From the NCBI GenBank assembly GCA_002633005.1, contig NMRA01000120.1, positions 62,966 through 126,965 on the forward strand: a stretch of 64,000 bases of DNA, read 5' to 3'. Position 1 is the first letter of the stretch; every line of letters begins with the position of its first letter. The position numbers and the translations under genes were made by a program. Source of the DNA: Phoronis australis (lineage: Eukaryota; Animalia; Phoronida). A model generated the notes under the pieces. That model was not told the origin of the DNA, did no database searches, and saw only the letters and a program-made list of their open reading frames with translations. Below, in pieces: positions 40,365 through 51,844 of this stretch.

Positions 40365-40830
40365 TGAAGAAAGTTTCAGCGATTCCAGGACTTGAATCCG
40401 GGTTGCACATGTGAGAGCCGAGCATCTAAAAAATTCAGCCAAGAGGCAATTGCTGCTTGGCAAGTAATTTAGAGAGACTTTATCTGGCTGTACGTCCCAT
40501 CCGGAAGTCACACGTCACAACACTCCTATCCCTTCAACGTGTTAAGCGTTCCCCCTGCCCCCTCAGATCAGCCACATCTCTGGTCTGGGTTTCCACTGCT
40601 GTTGCTGGAGCATGAGTCCTGACTGCCCCGAGGCAAGAGGAGTGCTTTCATCCAGTCTGGTCGTGGGTTCTACTGTTGTTGGGCACCAATGAACAAAATT
40701 TCTCAAACATTGGGACTCGAGCCGGGTTGCACATGTGAGAACCAAGCAAGCATCCAAACTGCTCAGCCAAGAGGCAATTGCCACTTGACAAGCGATTTAG
40801 AGAGGGTTTATCTGGCTGTACGTCACAACA
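40365..40830 (-). mobile_element. Two-LTR TRIM-like mini-retrotransposon with a tRNA-like sequence in each LTR (Helenus-like)
   Basis: 5' LTR 40830-40690 and 3' LTR 40522-40365, both TGTTGTGAC...TTCA; PBS TGGTGCCCAAC at 40688-40678; PPT GAAGGGATAGGAG at 40535-40523; A-box, ctctcac loop and B-box inside the LTRs. Confidence 0.8.
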
Positions 40831-41165
40831 ATGGCGTGCGTTCAGTAACGCTAGGACCCAGCTAAAATCTAACCAATGCACGTGTTCTCATTTAAAATAC
40901 ACGGCAATATCTCACGTAATTTCGCGAAGTCTTGCTTTTTAGCAGACTAATAGCAATTGCTAATAGCAAGGCCCTAGTCCTAGCCCTAGGCCTAGTCAAA
41001 TGACAGTGTTACTGAACGGGAGGCAGTCCAAAACCTCAAGAGAAAAATTATGTACTCAGAAGGTAAACGAGTCCCGAAGTTTCATTGTAACATCAAGAAT
41101 ATTACTTACAAAATATGTCGTTACCTTTAATGTTTAACTTTAGAGACATAATCCTTAACAAATAC

Positions 41166-41210
41166 CTGTTCTTTGGGATCCTTTTGCTGAGTTTTGCCAA
41201 ACAAACCCAT
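41166..41210 (-). CDS. CHMP3: CHMP3 exon 1
   Basis: aaaATG; MGLFGKTQQKDPKEQ|gtattt; 45 nt; classic CHMP3 N-terminus. Joined CDS is 648 nt, 215 aa. Confidence 0.95.
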
Positions 41211-44200
41211 TTTCCGGGTTATTCGTACATGCGCAGTTCTCTTCCGTGTTACTGACACTGGTCAAAGATACTTTGCACTGGTGGTAGACTTCGGAACTAA
41301 CGTTGTTTTGTTTTTGATGAATTTTGCCGGGGGTGTACTTGTATTGATTCTAAACAAAACATGTGTTCATGATGCCAAACACAGTCAAAATGATCACACA
41401 AAGTTTTGCATGCATACTTTTTTCCTAAATCATTTTAATTCATCATTTTATTGACTTTGGTTTCACACTAGCAAAAATTTCATGTATGGACCTCATACGC
41501 GGGTTGTCACGGTCATGGGTGACTTGCCAACCCATAGTTATCGCAGCAAGCTGGCGAAAACTTTTGAGTGAAAATGTTCTGAAAACCCGAAAGTTCATCA
41601 AAGTCAATGAACTTCGTCCTTTTTGATGTTCTTTGATATCTTATTCTTGCATGTGATCTTGGCCACCACAGTATAATCGCCTGTTGACAGTGGCGGTTTC
41701 CCCGGGCCAAGGCTACAATATTTTGATCACTGACGTAACCAATAATTTCCATATCCAAGACAAAAATGAAGGTGGGGATAATTGAATTTTTGGCAATATA
41801 TTTATATCGAATTATTAGTCAGAGATAACTATTTCCATTCAGACTGTTTAGAATACTTTATTTTGTGAATCAAAAATTAAATCGATAAGAAGTTGTCATC
41901 GCAGGTCAAATAATAGCTATGATGCAAGTGTAATTCTTACTGCGTAAAAATAACAAGCTAGCAACCTACAGCTGCAGCTTCGGCTACTGTACGCCCGGTG
42001 CACTAGGCCTAGTGTACAGAAACGCCCCCAGCCCGGCCATTGCGAAGGGCACCCAGTAAACAACATTTTTCAGAAAGCTAGTTATTTATAGTTGGGAAGC
42101 CAGATATTGCAGTTTTGCAATTTGATGTCCTTAATTAAAACAAGGACTGTGTTTAATTCGTTGCTCAAGCACCAGTACCCATCCAAACATCTATAACGGT
42201 TATAAGTGTGTAGGCCGAGACCTACTGCATATGTAGCCTAGTGTGAGACCTGATTTTTGTATAACCTATGACCCCTCACAGCCAAATTTTGCTTTTTGCC
42301 AACCTCCCCCCCAAAAAAAACTACATTGACAAGCCGTCGGACCGACACAGTAGCTCTTCACTTTTCAGTGCATCGGAGAAATACAGCTCTGATAGTTCGA
42401 TGAGAAAAAAGGTTCTGAACCCTTCCGTCTTTTTCAGAAATATATGGCAAGGTCGGTGGACATGACTAGTTTTCGACAAAATAACTACAGAAGACTTTAG
42501 TTGTTTTACTCATAACAAACTGGCTGTGAGATGCTTCTTAAAATAAGTTTTCAACTGTGCATTCTGTTTGCGCTGCAGCATGACCAATAGCGTTCAATTT
42601 TTTCGAACTAAATGAGCGTTTGTGAAAAATAATTTCTCGATGACAACGTACACCAAAGCACCGTAGGAAGCGGGGGAATGTGAGAGTGAATTTCTTCGAC
42701 ACCCCTTGCAGTTTTAGATCCAGTAACCGTAGCAAATCTACTGGTGAGATCTCTTGACCGTGACTGACTGAAATCGAAAGCCAATTGTTTATACTTTTAC
42801 TCTGTCAATCACAACGCCCGCACACAAACACATTTTCCGCTAACGAATGTTATCGATTTTATGTAATACGTTAAATCGCAGGAAGCGGGGGTGCCTCCCA
42901 CTTGAGTAATTTGCATGAGGCATCATGGTCACACAGCGACGACCGGCATAGACGTAGGACCGGCTCTGTCGAAAATCTGCGAAACACAAATGATGTGTCG
43001 TTTAGTCGAAGTTGTTTTCCACTTGATATATATTGAGAAACTGCAGGAGAGGGACCCTGATGATTGCATCAATTGCAGCCCATGTTTTTAGTTTTAGCAC
43101 AGGGAGGCTCCAACGACTGATTAAGTCAATTGACACCCTTTACCTGTTTTTTTGAAAACGTATACGTACGTACATTCTTTTTATGTAAGGTAAGTCAGGC
43201 ACCCCTTGGAGAGTCACCCGATGGATTTGACTGTCCTTCTTGTCCAGTTTTTAGATTTGGAAACTTTCACATTTAGGAGATCCCTTTCAGACAGGATCCT
43301 ATCTTGGAAGAACGGCTCGATCAATTGCCCTTAATTCATGTGGTCCCCCTGGAAACCCGGGACTATCAACAACTCACAATGTTGATAAAATTTCAAAATG
43401 CTCAAGTATACCACAGACCACATTCATGTAAAGGGCAGTATGCAGCAAGTCACACGCGGCTCAAACAACCAAAAAGTGAGAGTGCACACAATAGCAATGA
43501 CCTTCATGCAAGGATTGGTGTTGGAAGAATTTAAAAACGTTTATTCGCCATAGTGATAAATATACAGAATTCCCATCACAGTGTTTCTTTGGAAGATCGT
43601 TATTAGAAAAGCATGAGCTTGTCTCCTGCACAGACCCTATGGCCCCCAATCCCACCAACCCGTCGGATGCCCCTTATAGTAAATTCGTCCACGCTCTTCC
43701 AGTTCAGTCCCCGTCAAAAATGAAGTATCTGCACACATCATGCCTTAGACCAGAATCGCCTAAAATAACAGATTTGAAACAATTTCGCCAACTAATTATA
43801 AACCTTCAGTTAACTCGAAAGGCCTGCATTGTGTTTCCATGTCAATGACGGCCCAATATTTGCCAATGTTCAATATTTTATTTTGTCTGGTAACCTAGTT
43901 GCAATACAAGGGATCATTCGTTTTGATTTACGTGTTTATGAATGTATTTGCGAAAATCAACTGATTCATACATTATTTTTTACCAATTAAAAGTAAACTT
44001 TAGTTGATGATGATCCTTCATCGAACTCAAATGTAGGCTGAAATTTGAGAAAATCTCTATCATCCGATCCCTGTCCCCCAAACATGAGCAAATTGCACTA
44101 AATTTGCCAATCTGTTCAGTGGCGTTTCGGTGGGTGAATTTTGACTTAGGTTGGGGAATTCGTTTAGTTCAGCCTATGTGAGGCGCCCCCCTCGAGAAAT

Positions 44201-44572
44201 TCGGGTTTCCGTGTTTCAACAAGAGGGTGAAAATGCCGAAGGCCACAAGTAGGGAGGAGTGATGGAGTAGTGGTGACGCCTGGAAGACTTGGGTCCACAC
44301 GGGTTGCGGCAAATGGACGGGTTTGTGCTCTTACTATTTACCTTCCCACGAGCCTGATATGTAGTTCCTGAAAGAGATAGACTGTCTGTATTATTTTTTA
44401 TGTCACGAAACATGTTACTTAGAGTCTCGCGTCGCCCCTCACGCGGGAGACAGCCGCTGGAAACCACTAGAGCAGTTGCCCGGCCAGCTCGGACCCATTT
44501 ACTTCCAGGTAATCAAGTAGCGGACATGTTCCTGCGCGAGAAAGACAACACTGATTCGTGAAAAAGTAATTG

Positions 44573-45287
44573 CACAAAACGTACCGAGAGTGGCGTACAT
44601 GAAGTAATATCCCACGAAACCCATTATTTAGCGTGTCGACCGAGACCGAAGGTCATGGTCGATACAATAATGTCGGATATTACTTCATGTACGCCAATCG
44701 AGGTACGTTTTGTATTTATCCCATACGCTTCGAATTTCTAAGTTTCTTTCGTTTTTTCCGCAGAACAAATGCTTCACTCAGACTGTTCACGTGGTGGATC
44801 ACATCCTACTTGCGCGTTGGGCTACAAGTTTTCTCTAGTGAAAGAAACAGTTTTAAATGTGACGATTTATTACTTGAAAAGAGATAACAAAGTTGAAACA
44901 AGATTAACTTTTCATTGAACTTGTAACATCTCCTGAAACTAGTTAAATAACAGCAATATTTGATATTGTAGTTACCGAGGAATCGGCGCCGAGTCTGCAG
45001 ACGAAAAATATTTAGCAAATGAAAACTGAGACAGAACTGACATATAATTAACAGTCCTGTTCCAGATGTTACGACTGAGACCTGATTGTATGTTGAGCGT
45101 TACTTACATTGCTATAATTGTATTACTTTAAACTATTTTCCGAAAGTTTGGTGATCGAACGTCGGGTAGACATTGACCTACCTTTTGAAATGTCCATGTC
45201 AGAGGTCACTGTTGAACTAGTGCGGGAGGTAAATACGGAAAACTTTATTACATGGCCGTATTTCCCTCGACTGATTCAACGCGTATG
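44573..45287 (+). mobile_element. Family D copy 2, with an intact 140-bp terminal hairpin
   Basis: Colinear with 33022-33700; 39-bp inverted arms at 44574-44612 and 44675-44713. Confidence 0.8.
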
Positions 45288-47973
45288 CACCCCCCGGGTT
45301 GAGAAGCCTGACGATCAACGATCCTGGCGGACAAAACTGTTTACATGTGCAGTGCATTATTGTGTAAATGTCATTTGCTAAGTGAGCGGATGCATGTACT
45401 GAGCCTCTGAAAGATTTCATCATAATTTAAACAAAGCCAGACAAATGGATGGTACAAAAAAAGGACCGGATGTAAAGGATGGTAAGAAAAACCAAGTACT
45501 TTTCTTGAGACACTGTCCGAGCATAGTCTTTTAGGAAATTCATTCATGATTATTATGGTAGCCTAATCATGTTTTTGATTGACACCACTTCGGTAGGCGA
45601 CACGTGTTGTGCCGATAGACACGGTATAACCTGTCTAAATTATTGTAGGGTCGACAAGTGGACGGCGACCTGGTTTTCTACACGGACGATGTTCGTGGTC
45701 TTGGTGCTATTCTGTGAAATCCATCACTAAAATAAGGAAACATAAATAGATTTCAAACATCTAAGTTAAGTCCGGCATTATTCACTGACTGTATGTCGAG
45801 TGTTTAAAAATGAAATTCCAGTCTGGCAGTAGGCCTACCGCCTGTAGGCAACACATAGCCCCTCGGTTGGCCCGAGGGCGATGTAATTGCCTATAGCCCA
45901 CCGCCTGTGGCTGCTGTAGCATATGCAGTTGGGCTAACCCAACTGGGCAATAGTTGGATGCATGGATCCCTGCTTTGAGAACCAGTTACACCCGCTGAAT
46001 AATGCCCGTTATTCAACAGTGGTAGTAACTGGTTAAGACTTAAGTCAATTTTATATCAGGAACCCATCCATCAGACTATTACCAGCAATTTCATATGTAG
46101 GGGATCGTCTTGGAATGGAGCTGCTGAACTGATTTACTGCTTGATGGATCAAATTTGAAAGTATACAGCAATAATCATGGATAATAAGTTGGATGATTGC
46201 CAAGACTATAACTAGGCTCTATTACTTGGATATATTTCATTTTGTATCTTGTTTTGCTTTGAATTTTTTTTTAACTTCTTTTTTTGTTTGTTCTACGGCT
46301 TTGCACGTGACGTGTCATACTTTTCATCTCATCTACATGAAATTCATTCAGAACATGTATGTACCTCCTGAAAATCCAGAGGCCTGTTGCTCTTTCTGAT
46401 TTCTCGTGCCAAATCTCTAGGTCGTTTGAGGGATCCTGCTGAAATTTGGTATGTGGAATTTTTTCAAATGCTGTCTGCCCTGTTGTTATGTTATGCTATA
46501 TGTTTACATTAGAGCAGTGACAACGCCACCTGGCGACTAAAACATATGTTCTACGAACGATCTCGGGTATTACATACACAACACTTGTTCTATCAGTTTT
46601 TCATTCTGTCGTACTGTTCTTTAGTTATTCAGGATTTACTGATCTGACGACTCTTCTTTTTTTACTGACCAATTCCTTGCTGTTCTTTATGTTACCATTC
46701 ACATTTTTTGTTTGATCCTCATGAAATTGGAACACAACATGTGTCTCATTGAAGGCCTGTTGTTTTAGGGTAAAATCAACTCAACGATGGCATTGTGATG
46801 ACTATTTTTCGAAATTTTCTAAACGCGGAGCTCTAGCTTCGTGATCCTTTAACGTATTTTGTTGAAATTTGGTATGGAGATAGATCTTGTCAAGGGCTAT
46901 CTGAAGTATCATCCATTTTTCGCTACGACTTATCTTTATCCAGTTATTTGACATTGTTTTGTTTGACTTATCTTTCATAATGCCATATATTGAAAAAGGC
47001 CATTTGTACAGTTTTGTGTGACCCCGCTATGCCCTCTACAACTTTGGAATGGCGTAAAATAGACCGAGAATTGATTCTCAAAACTGATTCTTTTACTTCT
47101 AGCTGCGAGAGTTCCCTCCCTAGTGGCACTTGAAGGGGTCGCTGTACATAAGTTGGCTCTCATGAGTATCGCTTTAGTCATTTGCGCAATGGGCCTGCGT
47201 ATTTTGATGCAATGCATAAGGCATCACAGCACCTGTGCTCTTTCCTTTCTAGCTGTGTAACAGTTGAACTCTCTAGCCTGATAATGTTATGAGGAACTGA
47301 ACCTCTAGTTAGGAAGATTCTGAAAAGCTTCAAAACTTTCCAAAGGAATGATGCAATTGATGCTAGCTGATCAGAACTTAAGAATATGCTGTATGATATT
47401 TTATTTTTATTTATGTCAGTCTGAACTGAAGTTAGTATGGTCAACTTCATAGTTTCAACTCTTGCGTGAATGAACGTATTAGCAGTAGGGGACCCATGTA
47501 GACTAAAAATTTCCAGGAGACAAAGAATAGATTCCTGCGACATGGTAACATTTTTTGACAAAACTCGCTTGCCTGAAAACCTGTGACATTTTGTGGCATT
47601 TTGAAAAATTTTGTGACAAAGTTTGAGAAATTTGCTGAGCCAAGTAGGTTTTCAGTGTTTTGTTGGGCTCACAGTTATTTTATGCTGCATCAAGTGGTGG
47701 TTCCTTTTTTCACAAATTGTAAAATTACGGAATTCATTGTGTCTCACATGTGACAAATGGGAAATTTATCTGATTTACATGATTGTGTAAAAAGCAATTG
47801 AGACTTCCCTGTGACATTTTGAAAATTTGTGATGTGACACATTGTGACTTGCCATTAAACATGGATCCATTCTCTGGTTTGAGTTAAGTTGCTTCTCATT
47901 TTTGATAATTTGCAGCAGAACATGTGTAGTTTATGACTTGTATTCTGAAGTGTTGTTACAATTCTGCTTTCAG

Positions 47974-48203
47974 TTCCATTCTGGACGTCGGCAAGGTTTG
48001 GGTTGGCCATTATCGGCTTCTTCGGCTTCGTTAATCTATATGCGCTCCGCATCAATCTGAGTGTAGCGATGGTCTGCATGGTCAACCATACATGGATAGC
48101 TGAACAAGCAGTTAATGAGACTGTTGCAGACATGGTCAATAAGACGGCAACCGAAGATGTAATCGCTTGCCAGACTACTTCAAGTAACGCTTCCACAGTT
48201 AAG
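47974..48203 (+). CDS. SLC17-family (sialin/VGLUT-like) MFS transporter, internal exon (TM1 + luminal loop)
   Basis: tttcag|..PFWTSARFGLAIIGFFGFVNLYALRINLSVAMVCMVNHT...NASTVK|gtatgt; 'R.NLSVA.V.MVN' SLC17 signature; N-glycosylation sequons NHT, NET, NKT, NAS; phase 1 to 0. Confidence 0.93.
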
Positions 48204-49555
48204 GTATGTCTGGAACGGTCTTCCTTGAGTACCCTAAGATTTAGACTGCGTCTTGTGAAGCCAAAGAAGCATAGTTGGTTCTGGTCCATATCCCGACTTA
48301 TTTTGAGACCTGCGCTCACTAACTGTGAAAAAAGTAGAAATGCGACCGCTGGCATCAATAATAACCTATTAGTAATTTTGGTTTTTTCGGCAAGCTGCTC
48401 AAAGGCACGTAATCAAGGGCTAGCAAGGTTTGAAAGCCCACGATTGGTCAAACGATGCCTAATTACCTGTAAAAGAAGCTCTGGGTGGTGCTAGAAAAGA
48501 GTGTGGTTTAGCCACTCAAATGGTGCTGCACCATTAAAAAGTGACAGCCATTATGGTGGCGGAAAATACCACAGTGCTTGCTACGACTTTTACAACTTGC
48601 AGATTTCATTTGTGCTTCTGTCTATTGTGTATTATAAATTACTTTATTCTGTTTTGCTCTGATTCTCATCATGCTTTGTCTCCTCTGGTCATTGTTGTCT
48701 CCATCCACTGATCAGTGGGGTGCCATCTGAAATTGTTTGTTCGCACGCTACAGGTCGCAATTTTTGTCCGATTTGCAGAAAATTCACACGCAACCTATAG
48801 CTCCGGATGAGCTGGTAATCTAATGTTTTTTTTCATCGGATTCAAGATGGAGGATGTGGTGGCCATTTTGTTTTCAAATTCAAATTCAAATGCTCATAAA
48901 GGCTGCAATTTTTGACGTACACGGCTGAAAACCGGTACGATTATTGTACCAGACGTATACTGCTACAGGTGGTCAAAGATGGTGGAAATATTGGTTATTA
49001 TGTTTGGGCACCTCGATTTCGAGATAAAAACATTTTGTCCTGTAGACAGCGCATTGTTGGACCAATTGCTTTGAAATTTTTCATGTGGTAGTTTCATGTA
49101 GCTGGCTATTATCGACTGTTGCTTAACCGGAAGTCATTTTCAAAATGGCAGATCTGGCACATTTTCATCATTTTTGCCGGGGTGCCATTTTGAACAAGAA
49201 GAGGAAATAATGTGAATTTTTGCGTGTGGATTTGCTAAGGTTTATTCTTTCAAATGAACGATGACAATTTTTTTCTCAGACGTAACGTTTTTGAGTTATT
49301 TGACTTTCAGTTTTAAAAAAATGCAAAATTTTGTGGAATTTTGTGAAACTATTCTGTTAGATAGAGTTTTGAACGGGCTTTCAGTAGATGTTTTCTGTTT
49401 TTCGTCAGACCGTCTCGTTTGGAGTTATTCGAGATTTTCTGATAACGCTGTTCCTTTGTTGACTGATTTTGTTGCACTTTTGTTGGTTTACGTTCTGTTG
49501 AACAAGACTCTACTTCTTACTCATTTCTGACGTCTTCATTCGTCGTATGATTTTT

Positions 49556-49612
49556 ATCATCATCATCATCATCGCCTCCATCATCATCATCATTATCATC
49601 GTTGTCGTCATC
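49556..49612 (+). repeat. Imperfect (CAT)n microsatellite
   Basis: atcatcatcatcatc... seen directly. Confidence 0.9.
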
Positions 49613-51440
49613 TTCTGCATTGTCATGTGTTTAGTCAATTTTGCCAAGTGTCACACCTCCAAGCGCTTTCATCTTGTTTGGTGTCGCCAAGGGATGAAAA
49701 GATAACTTTTGAAGCAATGGCGCGGGTGCCCTTCCTCCCACCCAAAACTGGTTAGCGTTTAGTAAAACGAACAAAAAACAAAACCTACATTATTTTTAAT
49801 CTGCTCTGGTTGATTTTCTTTCTGAAAAAGTGAGCAACTAATTACTTTCCACCAACGTTTTTAAAAAATGATAACTTTTCACCAACGTTTTTAGAAAAAA
49901 ATGCAGACCAGAATCCGCTCTTGCTGAAAATCCGTGTTGTGGTAGTGGGAGTGCACTTGATGCTTCACATTAATTGCAAGGAAGTGACCCTCAAGGTCAT
50001 GTTGGGTTTTTCCTTGGATGTATTTAGGACCAGTTCTGGTTAAACATTAAACAGAATATGTCAATTGATTTTCAATAGTCTCTTGGAACCTTTTTTGTGA
50101 TGTCACAGATGCGTTAATCGAAGCAGCTCTTTCATCGTCCTGATGAGCTAATAGTACACCAATTCTTCACTTATTTTGCATAAAAACAATTGTCATTTTT
50201 CCTTTTTTCTAATGCAGTGTACTTTGCTACATATAACGGTAACCTTGCTAATTGTTGTTTTATGACTAAACTGAGTCGTAGACTAAATATTCTCAATCTT
50301 TATTTTTGTGGAGAAATTTGATGAAATAAATTTTCACTTGTCGGCCACATGGTGTGCTAAATAAGTGTAGAATTACTGAACACACCTGAGTATGTTGTGT
50401 TTTACCGTGTGTTCTGTGAATGTCTGTCTTACTCTTGGTGTCCGTAAACAGGGACATCGCGTTCTCTTAGTTGTTCTCTGGACTATTGTCGGCAAATTTT
50501 GCAGCTGTTGTATCTGGAAATAGCACAACCTTTGATTTGGAAAACAGAATGATAAGGATATTTTTGAAACTGGTAACTGACCCACTTCAATATAAATGGA
50601 TTTCAAGAGTATTATCAGACGAACATCGCAGCTTATCCCGGACTGTTGTGCTAAAGTCTTGTCAATATCAGACAGAATAATTGCCAAAATTTAATTTTTC
50701 AAAAGCTTCTTTAGTGTTGCTGTGAATGACCACAAGTTCTCAGGACACTGGTAGCTATAGCAACACACTTAAAACTGAAAGTTTTTATTTTGTGCTACTT
50801 ATCGTTGATGAGAAAAATCACGACTGGCTGCCTCATTGGGCCCTGTATTTTTTCGGCTTTTTATTGTAACTGAGTTGCTCTCAAATTTATTGGCTGGTAT
50901 TACTGAAGGTGTCTTAGGCAGATGTTCTCAGAAGAGATGTACTAATGGCACATTGACCTTGCCATGTGTAACCCTTATGTCAAGGTGCATTGCCCCTTAT
51001 ATGTACTATTTGGTGTGGGTGGTAAAAGTCGGGTATGATCAGTACAATTAGTACTTACACACTTGGACCTTGAGAGACATCTACACCAATAACTTGTGTG
51101 CGGGCATGAGAGTGATAGGGGACTAAGTACCCTATTCTCATCAAAGCGATTATAACTTATAAAACTGATTTCAATGTAACTCTTAGTTTCAACAATCTAA
51201 AGTCAGATTTAAAATGATAAGTGATGTGTGGTTACAGCCTTCTGTGAGGTTATCACTAACATAAGTCTGTGTGAACACTGGAGGCGCTGCTGTCAAATGT
51301 CCTTGAAAACAATGATGTACTGAGGCACTATGTGACATGAATTGAAAAGTGATAGCACTGACAACTAGGGACTAAAACCGTAGACCAGGGTTACAAGTTT
51401 TTACTATGAAAAGTAACAATTACATAACACTTACAACTAT

Positions 51441-51844
51441 AGGCCCTTTCATAATGACTTAACTCTGGTCTAAGCGGAGCTTCGACGTAAACTGTGAAGT
51501 TAACTGAACCGTTCATACTGGCTTCGGTAGTTAACGGACATCGAAGTAAATGTTGTCATCGAAGTAATCGCAAGGTAGCACTCATGCATCATGTGCACGC
51601 TAAGATTTGTTTATGTGACAATTAGGGAACATTTACATGTGCTAATTTACATGAAACTTATTTTTAATTTGATTGTTGATTATTCGAGCTAAATATAAGC
51701 AACTATTAGTGACGACACTGCCCTTTAATTGTTGACAGTAATAGTGGCCTCTGGCGATAACTTCGATGTGACCGAAGTTGACCGTTCGTACTGCACTGCA
51801 ACTCCCCATAACATCCACGCGATGACATTAGTATGAAAGGGCCA
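51441..51844. mobile_element. Harbinger-like MITE, family A copy 2, nested in an older repeat
   Basis: TIR GGCCCTTTCATA / TATGAAAGGGCC; 3-bp TSD TAT; colinear with 7804-8319 apart from an internal deletion. Confidence 0.85.

Noticed and set aside
40380-40450. Functional tRNA-Glu gene or plain tRNA-SINE
   Set aside because: The cloverleaf stems are degenerate and there is no clean acceptor stem. A conserved ~60-80-nt leader precedes the tRNA-like part, and LTR/PBS/PPT features explain it better.
43067-43085. CTGATGA followed by a tgca/tgca hairpin
   Set aside because: No downstream GAAA; chance match.
47855-48358. 167-aa antisense ORF over the SLC17 exon
   Set aside because: It is the shadow of the coding exon on the opposite strand, with no independent evidence.
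50115-50155. Hammerhead-like CTGATGAG with an upstream CGAAGC
   Set aside because: No GAAA core and no convincing stems in any permutation.
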